Positions 19,014 to 28,281 of a DNA stretch of 64,000 bases are shown here, one piece after another. Position numbers and translations under genes: made by a program. This DNA comes from an uncultured Syntrophomonadaceae bacterium (GTDB taxonomy: Bacteria; Bacillota; Dethiobacteria; DTU022): the NCBI GenBank assembly GCA_964467475.1, contig CAYXQO010000002.1, positions 57,787 through 121,786 on the forward strand. Reading direction: 5' to 3'. Under the pieces are notes generated by a model that did not search any database, was not told where the DNA came from, and saw only the letters and a list, made by a program, of their open reading frames with translations. The first letter of the stretch is position 1. Each line of letters opens with the position of its first letter.

Positions 19014-19886
19014 TTAACCCAGGTCAAGAGAATATGACTCACCTGATTGCATATCAATTACCAGAAGTTTACCTTCGGGCAAAGCCCCATCTAACCCGGC
19101 CAGCAGTTTGATCGCCTCAGCGGATTGCCAGGAGGCCAGCATAGCCGGGGTGAATGCCGGATTGCCAAGCTGTGCTTCCACTCCTTGCCGGGCACCACCG
19201 GCAGCTTCCCCGTAAATTTTCGATAGTACCGGCCGCCCGGGTCTAATTACGGTAAGCTGCCCTAAGAAACCGGCAATAGCACCGTGCACCATGGGAATAT
19301 TTAATTCAGTACATGCTTTTTCTAAGTCAAACCGGGAGGGGAGGTTGTCAAGACAATCCAGGACAACGTCGCACCGGGAAAATAACCCGGGTAGATTTTC
19401 TGCATCTCCCCTACAGCTGCAGGCTTTAACTTCTACCGCACTGTTTATATCTTCAATGCGTTTTGCCGCAGCTTCAGCCTTGGACTGACCAAGGTTTATT
19501 TCAGTAGCCATTAACTGCCGGTTTAAATTACTTTCGGTAAAAATGTCATCATCTACAACCACCAAATTACCTACGCCCATCCGGGCCAGTAGCTCCAGAA
19601 CAAAGCCGCCTAACCCACCTGCACCTAAAACCCCGGCTGTAGATTTAAGCAGGTTAATCTGGCCGTTGATACCCACTGTACCCAGGCTGCGCTGGTACCT
19701 TTCAGGAATGACTCCTCCTTCAAGAGCAGCCATTTCCACCAGCCTGGCCGGAATATCAAAACTACTTGCCAGCCTTTGGGTTGCAGCTCTGTTTAGACAC
19801 AAATAGCTATCCCCGGACGGGCTAACTTGCTCATTAGCTGTGTCATTTACCGCTTTCTGAAGATTATTTTTGTCCATGCCACTCAC
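19014..19886 (-). CDS. ThiF/MoeB/HesA family E1-like adenylyltransferase.
   Basis: It has a Rossmann GAGGLGG nucleotide motif and an E1 core, plus about 50 extra N-terminal residues. It sits where yqeM normally lies. Confidence 0.6.
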   Translation of the reverse strand: MSGMDKNNLQKAVNDTANEQVSPSGDSYLCLNRAATQRLASSFDIPARLVEMAALEGGVIPERYQRSLGTVGINGQINLLKSTAGVLGAGGLGGFVLELLARMGVGNLVVVDDDIFTESNLNRQLMATEINLGQSKAEAAAKRIEDINSAVEVKACSCRGDAENLPGLFSRCDVVLDCLDNLPSRFDLEKACTELNIPMVHGAIAGFLGQLTVIRPGRPVLSKIYGEAAGGARQGVEAQLGNPAFTPAMLASWQSAEAIKLLAGLDGALPEGKLLVIDMQSGESYSLDLG

Positions 19887-19906
19887 CTGTACTGGTTCTG
19901 ACTAAG

Positions 19907-20299
19907 TTATTCTGAAAATGCTGAGTGCTTATTGCCAGGTCCGTTTAATTCTACCAGCGGCGATTCTGACCAAAGCCTCTCCAGGTCATAAAAGTCTCTT
20001 GCTTCAGGTTGGAAAATATGAACTACCAGCGAACCATAATCCATAATCACCCACCAGCCTTCCTGGTATCCTTCAATCCGTGTAGCATAGTATCCTTTCT
20101 TTTTCAGGCTTTCAGTCAAGTAATCGCAAATAGCATGGACCTGCACAGCCGTAGCCCCGGTACCGATTAAAAAGTAATCTGCAATTATCGATACCTGGCC
20201 AACTTCTAACAACCGCATATCCTGGGTTTTCTTTTCTGCCGCCAGTTCCACAGCGTAGTTGGCCAATTCCCGGGCACTACGATCCGGTCCTTCTGTCAA
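19907..20299 (-). CDS. rsfS: Ribosomal silencing factor RsfS (Iojap).
   Basis: The 130-aa protein has the Iojap-fold sequence (DYFLIGTG ... WWVIMDYGSLVVHIF). Confidence 0.85.
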   Translation of the reverse strand: MTEGPDRSARELANYAVELAAEKKTQDMRLLEVGQVSIIADYFLIGTGATAVQVHAICDYLTESLKKKGYYATRIEGYQEGWWVIMDYGSLVVHIFQPEARDFYDLERLWSESPLVELNGPGNKHSAFSE

Positions 20300-20350
20300 A
20301 TATAATCACCTCCGGCTTGAATAATAGCATGTATCTGCTCAAAAAACCTT

Positions 20351-20962
20351 TTATTCACTTTCCCGCCGGGCTAAAACCAGGCTGTTACGAAATGCCACAG
20401 AACGAGGATGTAAGAGTAGCCCTCTTTCCAGCACAGACCTGATTGCAAACTCAACTGCTGCAAGCAGGGCCCGGTCCGGGTTTTCCCGGGCGATTTTTCG
20501 TATTTTTTCCGACCCCTCAAAATCACGCCCTTCTTCTATGTAATCGGCCAGGTAAATTATCTTTTCCAACCCGGTCATATTCTTGCGACCGGTAGTATGA
20601 TAGTAAACCGCCCGCAAAACATCCGGATCTTTTACCTGTAATTCCGATTGAAGAAGAGCAGCGCCGACCGGAGCATGGAGCAGCCGGCTCTCCCGGCGGG
20701 TAACCGGGTCCAAGTGCAACTCCATTTGATCTGCCTTCTCAATAAGTTCCTCCTGTTTATAACGCTTGCCATAATCATGGACAATTCCGGCAAAATATGC
20801 TTTTTCTTTATCCTCACCATAGCTTTTTGCCAGGAAAGCAGCCGCTTCCGCTACTCCACGAGAATGCATATACAGTTTATCATTAAGTAATTCTTCCATC
20901 AATTCCTGGTACCGGGTGGCTTTCATGGCATATCCAGGATTGTCAAGGTCATGTTCAGGCAA
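20351..20962 (-). CDS. yqeK: HD-domain protein YqeK (bis(5'-nucleosyl)-tetraphosphatase).
   Basis: It carries an HD motif (GIVHDYGK), and the nadD-yqeK-rsfS order is conserved. Confidence 0.75.
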   Translation of the reverse strand: MPEHDLDNPGYAMKATRYQELMEELLNDKLYMHSRGVAEAAAFLAKSYGEDKEKAYFAGIVHDYGKRYKQEELIEKADQMELHLDPVTRRESRLLHAPVGAALLQSELQVKDPDVLRAVYYHTTGRKNMTGLEKIIYLADYIEEGRDFEGSEKIRKIARENPDRALLAAVEFAIRSVLERGLLLHPRSVAFRNSLVLARRESE

Positions 20963-21016
20963 ATAACCAACCTTTCTACTTTCAGTTCTGATTAAATATA
21001 AATTATGAGTCCGGTA

Positions 21017-21268
21017 TTACTGTTCACGAGGTTTTGCTTCATTAACCACCAGTTTACGCCCTTCCAGTTCAGCTCCGTTTGTTTTCTCCATTATTTCTTC
21101 CATTTGTGCTTCATTCACTTCTACAAATCCGTAACCGCGGGAACGCCCTGTTGCACGTTCTGTAATAATTCGACATTCAACTACTTCTCCGTGCTCAGAA
21201 AAAAACTTTTCCAATTCACTTTCTTTAGTGCTCCAGGGAATATTCCCCACGTACAATGTTTTTACCAT
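21017..21268 (-). CDS. Small RRM-type RNA-binding protein.
   Basis: It has RNP2 (LYVGNI) and RNP1 (RGYGFVEV) motifs, about 83 aa. The likely start is the Met of MVKTLYVGN; the ORF track extends 6 aa further upstream. Confidence 0.7.
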   Translation of the reverse strand: MVKTLYVGNIPWSTKESELEKFFSEHGEVVECRIITERATGRSRGYGFVEVNEAQMEEIMEKTNGAELEGRKLVVNEAKPREQ

Positions 21269-21325
21269 TAAATATTCCACCTCCAAGTATATTATACCCT
21301 AAACCAGGGCAAGAAAAACCTTTTT

Positions 21326-21973
21326 TTAACTGGAAGGCACGTAAAGCCCGTGCTTTCTTATATATTGTTCCACCGGTTCCGGAGTCAAATACTTGATCGT
21401 CTTACCCAAAGTTACTCGCTCCCTGATGAAAGTTGAGGAAACCGCCAATGCCGGTATTTCAAGCAAATGGACCTTGTTTTTCATTCCCGGGCAATGTTTA
21501 TCCAGAGTTTCTCTAAATTTCTCCAGTGAATAACCTGGCCTTGAAACAGCAATAAATGTACACAGGCGGAGCAGCTCTTCATAGTCTTTCCAGGTAAATA
21601 TATCCAGGATTGCATCGGCGCCGGTAATGAAGAACAATTCCGGGGGACCATGTTCATCGCAAGAAAAATGCCTTACCGTATCAATAGTATAAGTCGGCCC
21701 TTCACTGTCCATTTCCACGGAAGAAACGTAAAAAGCGGGGTTGGACATGACCGCCAGGCTGGTCATCAAATAACGATGTTCCGGAAGAGTGATTTTTCCG
21801 CGCTCCTTGTGAGGTGGTGTCCCGGTAGGCACAAAAATAACATAATCAAGCTCAAATTGCTGCCTGGCCTCTTCTGCGGTAACCAGGTGCCCCATATGAA
21901 TCGGATCAAAAGTTCCTCCCATCAAACCCACGCTCAAACTTGCGGAATTGTTTTGGTGATTGATAAAAAACAA
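21326..21973 (-). CDS. nadD: Nicotinate-nucleotide adenylyltransferase.
   Basis: The GGTFDPIHMGHL (H/T)xGH motif and the rest of the NadD fold are present. Confidence 0.85.
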   Translation of the reverse strand: MFFINHQNNSASLSVGLMGGTFDPIHMGHLVTAEEARQQFELDYVIFVPTGTPPHKERGKITLPEHRYLMTSLAVMSNPAFYVSSVEMDSEGPTYTIDTVRHFSCDEHGPPELFFITGADAILDIFTWKDYEELLRLCTFIAVSRPGYSLEKFRETLDKHCPGMKNKVHLLEIPALAVSSTFIRERVTLGKTIKYLTPEPVEQYIRKHGLYVPSS

Positions 21974-21995
21974 CGACTGCAGCTCCTTTAATTAG

Positions 21996-23276
21996 TTATT
22001 CATAAAAATCAAATTCTTCTTCACCAATCCGGACAGTGTCGCCTTCCTTAATCCCTTTTCTTTTCAATTCTCGATCCAGACCAATCCTATTAGCAAATTT
22101 TTGAAAACGACGCAGGGCCTCTTCATTATCAAAATCAGTTTTGGCCGCCATCCTTTCGATTTCATCACCTTTAACATAAAAAACATTATCCACTACCTCT
22201 ATGGTTAAAGGCGCTTTAGCCGGTTCCAGGGAAACCGGGGCAGGTTCGGTTTCTAATGCTTCTTTTTCATCTGCCAGCTCGTTAATTTTTTTGTATAAGT
22301 AGTAGATCAGGTCATCCACACCTTGCCCGGTGTGGGCAGAAATTCCAAGTACAGGAACATTTTGATCCTCTATTTCCCGGATCTTATCTTTTAGTTCTGC
22401 CAATACCCTCTCAGCACCGGTCAAATCAAGCTTATTCCCCACTATAACACGTGGGTATTCAGCCAACCGGAAGCTATAAACAGAAATTTCGTTTTTTAGC
22501 ATGCTGTATGCTTCGACCGGATCGGTTTCCGCATCTGGATCAAGATCCACCAGGAAAACCAAAAGGAGGTTTCTTTCTACATGACGTAAAAAACGATGGC
22601 CTAAGCCCACCCCTTGATGGGCGCCTTCAATCAAACCGGGCAGGTCGGCAACAATAAAATTACCCTCATCACCAACTTTAACCATACCCAGGTTTGGTGT
22701 AAGGGTAGTAAAAGGATATGAAGCCACTTTTGGTTTTGCAGCAGTTATCCTGCTAAGCAGAGTAGATTTACCTGCATTGGGAAGGCCCACCAGGCCTACC
22801 TGGGCCATTAGTTTTAATTCCAGTTTGATTTTTCGTTCTTCGCCGGGTAAACCCTTTTCTGCAATACGCGGGACCCGCCTTTTGGAAGTGGCAAACCGGG
22901 CATTCCCCTTACCGCCCTGACCGCCCCTGGCCACCAGGGCCCTATGCCCGGCCTGGGTTAGATCAGCCAATAGATTACCATCCTCATCGCGTGCTACCGT
23001 CCCCTCCGGGACAGGGACTGTCAAATCGTTTCCATCCGCGCCATGCTGGTTTTTTCCCCGTCCATGAGCCCCATCTGAGGCCTTGAGGGTATGGCGATAC
23101 CGCAAATCAAGGAAACTTTGCTTCGACGAATCCGCCAAGAGGTAAACATTGCCGCCGTTTCCACCATCTCCGCCATCAGGGCCGCCTTTGGGCACATACT
23201 TTTCTCGGCGGAACGAAACTGCACCATTGCCGCCACGGCCTCCGCGTACAAACAACTCTAATTCATCTACGAACAT
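21996..23276 (-). CDS. obg: GTPase Obg/CgtA.
   Basis: It has a Gly-rich Obg fold ([29 protein letters not shown]), a G domain ([17 protein letters not shown]) and an OCT C-terminal domain. Confidence 0.9.
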   Translation of the reverse strand: MFVDELELFVRGGRGGNGAVSFRREKYVPKGGPDGGDGGNGGNVYLLADSSKQSFLDLRYRHTLKASDGAHGRGKNQHGADGNDLTVPVPEGTVARDEDGNLLADLTQAGHRALVARGGQGGKGNARFATSKRRVPRIAEKGLPGEERKIKLELKLMAQVGLVGLPNAGKSTLLSRITAAKPKVASYPFTTLTPNLGMVKVGDEGNFIVADLPGLIEGAHQGVGLGHRFLRHVERNLLLVFLVDLDPDAETDPVEAYSMLKNEISVYSFRLAEYPRVIVGNKLDLTGAERVLAELKDKIREIEDQNVPVLGISAHTGQGVDDLIYYLYKKINELADEKEALETEPAPVSLEPAKAPLTIEVVDNVFYVKGDEIERMAAKTDFDNEEALRRFQKFANRIGLDRELKRKGIKEGDTVRIGEEEFDFYE

Positions 23277-23355
23277 CAGTCCACGATCACCTGCAGCGCT
23301 GCTAAAAAGTGAGATTAATAAAAAGCCCGGGTTTTAATACCCGGGCCAACCAGGC

Positions 23356-23628
23356 TTAGTTTGCCGCCGCACCCTCGACAGGCACGATGCTTACCTGTTT
23401 TTTAGCACGATTAGTGTGTTCAAAAACTACCCGGCCATCGGCCTTGGCGAATAAGGTATCATCGCCGCCTTTGCCTACATTGTCACCCGGATGAAACTTA
23501 GTGCCCCTCTGGCGGACGATTATACTTCCTGCTTTGACCACCTGGCCGCCATAGCGCTTGACACCTAGTCTTTTCGCATTACTATCTCTACCGTTGCGGG
23601 AACTGCCTACTCCTTTTTTATGAGCCAT
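23356..23628 (-). CDS. rpmA: 50S ribosomal protein L27.
   Basis: The protein starts [16 protein letters not shown]... with no N-terminal propeptide. Confidence 0.9.
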   Translation of the reverse strand: MAHKKGVGSSRNGRDSNAKRLGVKRYGGQVVKAGSIIVRQRGTKFHPGDNVGKGGDDTLFAKADGRVVFEHTNRAKKQVSIVPVEGAAAN

Positions 23629-23674
23629 TTATGACACCTCTCTTTCATGCCTTTCTTTTGAAATAATTAAATCA

Positions 23675-23986
23675 TTAACCGCCGATGTTTTCAATCAAGA
23701 CTTCGCTATAGGGTTGGCGGTGCCCCTGTTTGCGGCTGTAGTTTTTCTTCGGCTTGTACTTAAAAACCGTAATTTTGCGACCACGCCCAACGCCTACAAC
23801 TTTTCCTTCAACCTTGCAATCTTCCAGGTAAGGAGTTCCTACCCGGGTTTCCTTGCCATCATTAAACATAAGGACTCGATCGAAATTGACCATATCGCCC
23901 TTTTCCGCGGGCAATTTTTCCACGCGAATGGTTTTTCCCTCTTCGGCGCGGTACTGTTTCCCGCCGGTTTCAATAATTGCGTACAT
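23675..23986 (-). CDS. rplU: 50S ribosomal protein L21.
   Basis: The sequence is [25 protein letters not shown]... The real start is at about 23986; the ORF track over-extends to 24115 because no stop intervenes. Confidence 0.85.
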   Translation of the reverse strand: MYAIIETGGKQYRAEEGKTIRVEKLPAEKGDMVNFDRVLMFNDGKETRVGTPYLEDCKVEGKVVGVGRGRKITVFKYKPKKNYSRKQGHRQPYSEVLIENIGG

Positions 23987-24086
23987 AAACAAACCCCCTG
24001 TTAAGGACTCGCCGAACATGGTAGCCCAAAAGGAATTTTCCGTGGCTTTGTAAAACCATCTTCGTGCGGTTGTCAGTCTATTGCTG

Positions 24087-24115
24087 AGTTTACCATGCGT
24101 ACCGGCCTTTGTCAA
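24087..24115 (-). promoter_or_regulatory. Sigma-A promoter and about 95-nt leader for rplU-rpmA.
   Basis: On the minus strand, TTGACA (24110-24115), a 17-nt spacer and TAAACT (24087-24092). The untranslated leader before rplU resembles L21-leader contexts. Confidence 0.45.
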
Positions 24116-24154
24116 TTTAATTGACTCAGTGACTCAGTCTTTTTATTTACACTC

Positions 24155-24183
24155 TTGACGTATCTTCCGGCTTGTTATAAAAT
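24155..24183 (+). promoter_or_regulatory. Sigma-A promoter for the tup operon leader.
   Basis: TTGACG (24155-24160), a 17-nt spacer and TAAAAT (24178-24183). Confidence 0.5.
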
Positions 24184-24189
24184 GCACTT

Positions 24190-24367
24190 AAATCAATTGA
24201 ATATTATTCACCTTCGATCCATTTATCCTAAGGCGTGCCATCAGGCATGACTAAGGTAAATGGACGATAGGGTACGGTTGGAAACGGCTGTGCCTCCCGT
24301 TGCGGAAAGAAGGTCATTGTTGACTAATTGACGATCGCATTTCCCAGCGGGAAAATGCGATTTTTTT
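24190..24367 (+). ncRNA. Structured 5' leader with an intrinsic terminator; candidate Moco/tungsten-cofactor-type riboswitch.
   Basis: The untranslated leader between the promoter and tupA is about 265 nt with several nested helices (UGCC-AUCA-GGCA; ACGG ... CCGU enclosing GGC-UGU-GCC; CCUCCC). A perfect terminator CGCAUUUCCC-AGC-GGGAAAAUGCG + U7 sits at 24336-24367, 88 nt before the start codon. The family assignment is not verified. Confidence 0.35.
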
Positions 24368-24455
24368 CATTCATCGCAAATAACTTGTGGTTATCCTTTT
24401 CTGCGCAGAATCTAGATAACAAATACTTATCCTAATAGGAGGAAAAAAGATAATT

Positions 24456-25301
24456 ATGTACGCTCACAATAAATTGAGCCATTTAACCATGTTTACCCTG
24501 GTTCTCATGTTAAGCACTGCTCTAATAATAGGAGGTTGTGAAGAAGAACCTATCGATGATACTATCACCCTGGCCACCACCACGAGTACCTACGATTCCG
24601 GGCTGCTTGATTTCCTCAACCCTAAATTTAAAGAGGAAACAGGAATCGAGGTAGAAGTAATATCTCAGGGCACCGGTGCCGCCCTTGAAACCGGAAAACG
24701 GGGCGATGCCGATGTCTTGCTGGTGCACGACAGGGATTCCGAACTGGAACTGGTGGAAGAAGGCTATTTTGTCGATCGCCACGATGTAATGTATAATGAT
24801 TTTATCTTTGTCGGCCCGGAAGATGATCCGGCCGGAGTTGGCGATGTTGACGAAGCGTTCGAAAGCTTAAACCTGATTGCCGAAAGCGAAAGCACCTTCG
24901 TATCCCGCGGTGACGATTCCGGTACCCACCGTATGGAAATGAGTTTGTGGGAAGATGCCGGCATCGATCCGGAAGGAGAAAATTGGTACCGCTCTATCGG
25001 CCAGGGCATGGGCGATACCCTTAACATGGCCAATGAAGAACTGGGTTATGCCATGACTGACCGGGGCACTTATATCTTCATGCGGGACAATTTAGACCTT
25101 GAAATCGTTCTTGAAGGGGATCCGGTTCTGTTTAACCAGTACGGCGTCATGGCTGTCAATCCAGAAGAACATGACCACGTTAAATATGAGTACGCACTGA
25201 TGTATATTGATTTCTTAATGTCTGATGAAGGGCAGGAATTGATTAATTCCTACACGGTAGACGATGAAGTCCTCTTTTTCCCCGGTTACGGGTTAGAATA
25301 A
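24456..25301 (+). CDS. tupA: Tungstate ABC transporter substrate-binding lipoprotein TupA.
   Basis: It has a signal peptide with lipobox (IIGGC) and the TupA/WtpA-type sequence (TLATTTSTYDSGLLDFL ... SRGDDSGTH). Confidence 0.75.
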   Translation: MYAHNKLSHLTMFTLVLMLSTALIIGGCEEEPIDDTITLATTTSTYDSGLLDFLNPKFKEETGIEVEVISQGTGAALETGKRGDADVLLVHDRDSELELVEEGYFVDRHDVMYNDFIFVGPEDDPAGVGDVDEAFESLNLIAESESTFVSRGDDSGTHRMEMSLWEDAGIDPEGENWYRSIGQGMGDTLNMANEELGYAMTDRGTYIFMRDNLDLEIVLEGDPVLFNQYGVMAVNPEEHDHVKYEYALMYIDFLMSDEGQELINSYTVDDEVLFFPGYGLE

Positions 25302-25322
25302 TTTTTTAAGTCCATACGAGCA

Positions 25323-25400
25323 GGGCGCATTTATGTTATCCGGTTATTGCATTTTAACTAAATACCGTAGCTAAACAAACATGAATGCGCCCCCTTTTTA
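25323..25400 (+). terminator. Intra-operon attenuator hairpin between tupA and tupB.
   Basis: A long imperfect stem (GGGCGCAUUUAUGUU ... AAACAUGAAUGCGCCC) is followed by CC + U6 at 25395-25400. Confidence 0.4.
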
Positions 25401-25444
25401 ATTACTGAACATTTTTATTAACTAAACTATGCGGAGGCAGAACC

Positions 25445-26143
25445 TTGTTCGACCTATTAGATGGTATCATTGAAGCATTCAGCCTGATTATAGCTTTAGA
25501 TCCAGATTTAATACAAATCGTTTTACTTTCACTGCAGGTATCCCTGACAGCAATTATTATTTCTACCCTGCTGGCAATTCCCCTGGGAACCCTGCTCGGT
25601 TTAAAACCGGAAAAAAAGACCCGCCTGTTCAACAAAATCATTTTTACTTTCATGGGGATGCCACCTGTTGTCGGCGGGCTAATCATATTTTTATTGCTCT
25701 CAAGAATGGGCCCTTTAGGCGTGTTAGATCTATTGTACACCCCTTCTGCAATGATTATCGCCCAGGTTTTTTTAGCCACCCCGATCATAACCGGCTTAAC
25801 CATGGTTGGGATCAGGGCCAAAGGAGCGGAAGTCGAAGAAACCGCCCGCTCTTTGGGAGCAGGCTCTTTCCTGGCCGCCTGGACGGTAGTGCGCGAAGCA
25901 CGGTTTGCCATTTTGGGAGCGATCATCACAGGATTAGGCCGGGTAATTGCTGAAGTAGGGGCAGTCATGCTGGTGGGCGGTAACATAGCCGGAAAAACCA
26001 GGGTGATGACCACCGCTATTGTTTTAGAAACCCGCAAGGGCAACTTTGAACTGGCCATCGGCCTGGGAATCATCCTTTTATTATTATCATTTATTATCAA
26101 TTCAGTGCTCTATAATGTTCAGAAAGGGGGGCAGAGCAATTAG
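25445..26143 (+). CDS. tupB: Tungstate ABC transporter permease TupB.
   Basis: It has six TM helices and a permease EAA-like loop (ARSLGAGSF). Confidence 0.75.
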   Translation: MFDLLDGIIEAFSLIIALDPDLIQIVLLSLQVSLTAIIISTLLAIPLGTLLGLKPEKKTRLFNKIIFTFMGMPPVVGGLIIFLLLSRMGPLGVLDLLYTPSAMIIAQVFLATPIITGLTMVGIRAKGAEVEETARSLGAGSFLAAWTVVREARFAILGAIITGLGRVIAEVGAVMLVGGNIAGKTRVMTTAIVLETRKGNFELAIGLGIILLLLSFIINSVLYNVQKGGQSN

Positions 26144-26891
26144 CTGGCAAAGCAATCAAAACAATGTTATCGTAAAGCTGGAAAATATTAATAAAGAATA
26201 CGACAAGGAAGTCTTAAGGGTTGGCAGCCTGGAACTAAAAAAAGGCCTTATTTACGGCATTATAGGCCCAAGCGGGGCCGGTAAAAGTACCCTTCTGCGC
26301 ATTATAAACCTGCTGACTCCTCAAAGCCGGGGGACCTATTATTTTCACGGGGAGCCGGTTTCAAAAAGCAACCGCGAATTGATTGACCTGCAGCGCAAAA
26401 TGGGCCTGGTTTTTCAAAAAACCATTTTGTTCAGTGACAGTGTCTGGAATAACGTTGCTTACGGGTTAAAAGCCAGGGGTTATCATAAAGATGAAATTAA
26501 CGAACGGGTTGGCAACCTTCTTGACCAGGTGGGCTTAAGAGATCTGGCCAAACGCCGGGCAGATACTCTCTCTGGCGGGGAAGCACAGAGAGTGGCGATC
26601 GCCCGTTCTGTCGCCTATGACCCGGAACTGCTTTTGCTCGATGAACCGACCGCCAACTTAGACCCCTATAATATCGAGTTAATTGAAAAAATGATTAAAA
26701 CTTTAAGCGAGGAAAAATCAATAACCGTGGTCATAGTAACCCATAACGTATTTCAAGCCCGTCGCATCGCCGATGAAGTGATTTTTATCGACAACGGCAA
26801 AATCATCGAAATGGGCCCTACAAAAAAAATCTTTAACAACCCCGATCATGAAAAAACTCGCTTATATGTTGAAGGTAAGGTGATTTCTTAA
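26115..26891 (+). CDS. tupC: Tungstate ABC transporter ATP-binding protein TupC.
   Basis: It has Walker A (GPSGAGKST), a signature motif (LSGGEAQR) and Walker B (LLLDEP). The start is probably ATG 26115 (MFRKGG...), overlapping the end of tupB. Confidence 0.75.
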   Translation: MFRKGGRAISWQSNQNNVIVKLENINKEYDKEVLRVGSLELKKGLIYGIIGPSGAGKSTLLRIINLLTPQSRGTYYFHGEPVSKSNRELIDLQRKMGLVFQKTILFSDSVWNNVAYGLKARGYHKDEINERVGNLLDQVGLRDLAKRRADTLSGGEAQRVAIARSVAYDPELLLLDEPTANLDPYNIELIEKMIKTLSEEKSITVVIVTHNVFQARRIADEVIFIDNGKIIEMGPTKKIFNNPDHEKTRLYVEGKVIS

Positions 26892-26894
26892 GTT

Positions 26895-28022
26895 ATGGAA
26901 ACTGCTGGTGGGAATAAATTTAACATCCGCGAATTATCGGGCTCAATGGGCGATTTTGGCACCTTAATCCCCCTTGCCGCCGGCTATATTGTAGTATGCG
27001 GCCTGGATCCGGCGGCCCTTTTAATTACCGTGGGCATAATTAGCATTCTTACAGGCATTGTTTTTAAACTGCCCGTGCCGATTGAGCCGATGAAAGTCCT
27101 GGCAGCTGTAGCCATCGCTCAAGCCTGGTCGCCATCGATGATCTATGCTTCTGCATTTGCCATGGGCATTACCTGGGTGCTCTTTTCTATTACCGGGATC
27201 ATCGAGGTAATTGCCCGATATACTCCTCACCCGGTTATCAGGGGAATCCAGGTAGCGCTGGGGATATCGTTGGCCATGCAGGCATTTAATTTAATATTGA
27301 GCTGGTGGATTATAGGCATTATCGCCCTGGTGCTGGCTCTTTTATTAAGAAATAACCGTTACGTACCGTCCATGGTGATAATTATGGTTATCGGCATAGC
27401 TATTTCTCTTTACCGGGGAACCCCATCAGATGAAGCCCTGTTCGGCTTTTCTCTACCCGCTATAACAACTTTTGACTTCGGTGATCTTTGGCCGGCGATG
27501 CTTCTCGGTGGATTTGCCCAGATCCCTCTAACAGCTACCAATGCCGTTTTATCAACTTCATCCCTGATGAAAACCTACTGGCCGGGACGGGAGATTAAAC
27601 CGAAGGCCCTGTCTTTAAGCATCGGACTATTTAACCTGGGACTTCCTTTCCTCGGGGGAATGCCGATCTGCCACGGCGCAGGCGGTCTGGCCGCCAAGCA
27701 TTATTTTGGAGCAAGGACAGGTGGTGCGAATATTTCGATTGGCATAATTGAAGTTATCGCCGGCCTCTTCATGGCCGGACTGGCCGCACTGGTATTCGCA
27801 GAATTTCCGGAAGCGGTGATCGGGGCAATGATGCTTTTAATCGGGATAGAACTGATCAAGTTTGTGCAAACTGTAAGCTGGGGTTGGGAATATATACCCC
27901 TGGCTACCACAGTAGTGATATCGGTAATAACTAACATGGGGTCTGGTTTTTTAGCCGGCCTGGCTGTATTTTATTTAATCCGGTATTTTTATAGGCCGCA
28001 GACTCATGAAAACGAAAAATAA
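26895..28022 (+). CDS. MOT1-family (SulP-related) molybdate/tungstate transporter.
   Basis: Two internal repeats carry the MOT1 signature motifs (ELSGSMGDFGTLIPL / PVPIEPMKVLAAVAI and PICHGAGGLAAKHYFGARTG). It starts 3 nt after tupC. Confidence 0.65.
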   Translation: METAGGNKFNIRELSGSMGDFGTLIPLAAGYIVVCGLDPAALLITVGIISILTGIVFKLPVPIEPMKVLAAVAIAQAWSPSMIYASAFAMGITWVLFSITGIIEVIARYTPHPVIRGIQVALGISLAMQAFNLILSWWIIGIIALVLALLLRNNRYVPSMVIIMVIGIAISLYRGTPSDEALFGFSLPAITTFDFGDLWPAMLLGGFAQIPLTATNAVLSTSSLMKTYWPGREIKPKALSLSIGLFNLGLPFLGGMPICHGAGGLAAKHYFGARTGGANISIGIIEVIAGLFMAGLAALVFAEFPEAVIGAMMLLIGIELIKFVQTVSWGWEYIPLATTVVISVITNMGSGFLAGLAVFYLIRYFYRPQTHENEK

Positions 28023-28085
28023 CAAGTTCGAATAAGGTCAAATAAGAGATAAAACTCTCCATTCAATTACTCACTGTATATCCAC

Positions 28086-28115
28086 CTCTTGGTTAAAGCG
28101 GGGCTGATGCCCCGC
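28086..28115 (+). terminator. Intrinsic terminator of the tup-MOT1 operon.
   Basis: AAGCGGGGC-UGAU-GCCCCGCUU followed by U8. Confidence 0.7.
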
Positions 28116-28281
28116 TTCTTTTTTATTTCTGTATTGTGATTGTCCGACTACAGCCGTGCTACATTTTGAGCTAGCACATTGCTATAGAGCAGTCGCAATA
28201 ACCGACATAGCAAAGGTTCTAACTTGATGGCATGCATGGATGCACGGCCGCCCAAGTCCTGAGCTATGGATGGCATCGCCC

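Noticed and set aside
23356-24115. A missing Prp (ysxB) protease gene between rplU and rpmA.
   Set aside because: L27 begins directly with MAHKKG and has no cleavable N-terminal extension, so the absence of prp is consistent and not an anomaly.
24121-24139. The TGACTCAGT-GACTCAGT mini-tandem repeat between the rplU and tup promoters.
   Set aside because: It is a 9-bp duplication within a divergent promoter region, too short to interpret.
25402-26100. A 232-aa antisense ORF covering tupB.
   Set aside because: It is antisense to a clear ABC permease gene. Its composition is biased (P/S/T/A-rich), as in GC-skewed reverse frames.
28116-28281. A possible structured RNA in the convergent gap between the MOT1 gene and rng.
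   Set aside because: It contains a hairpin (GUGCUA ... UAGCAC) and ATGGATG-type repeats. There is no recognisable family, no promoter or terminator pair, and it may simply be the rng 3' UTR.
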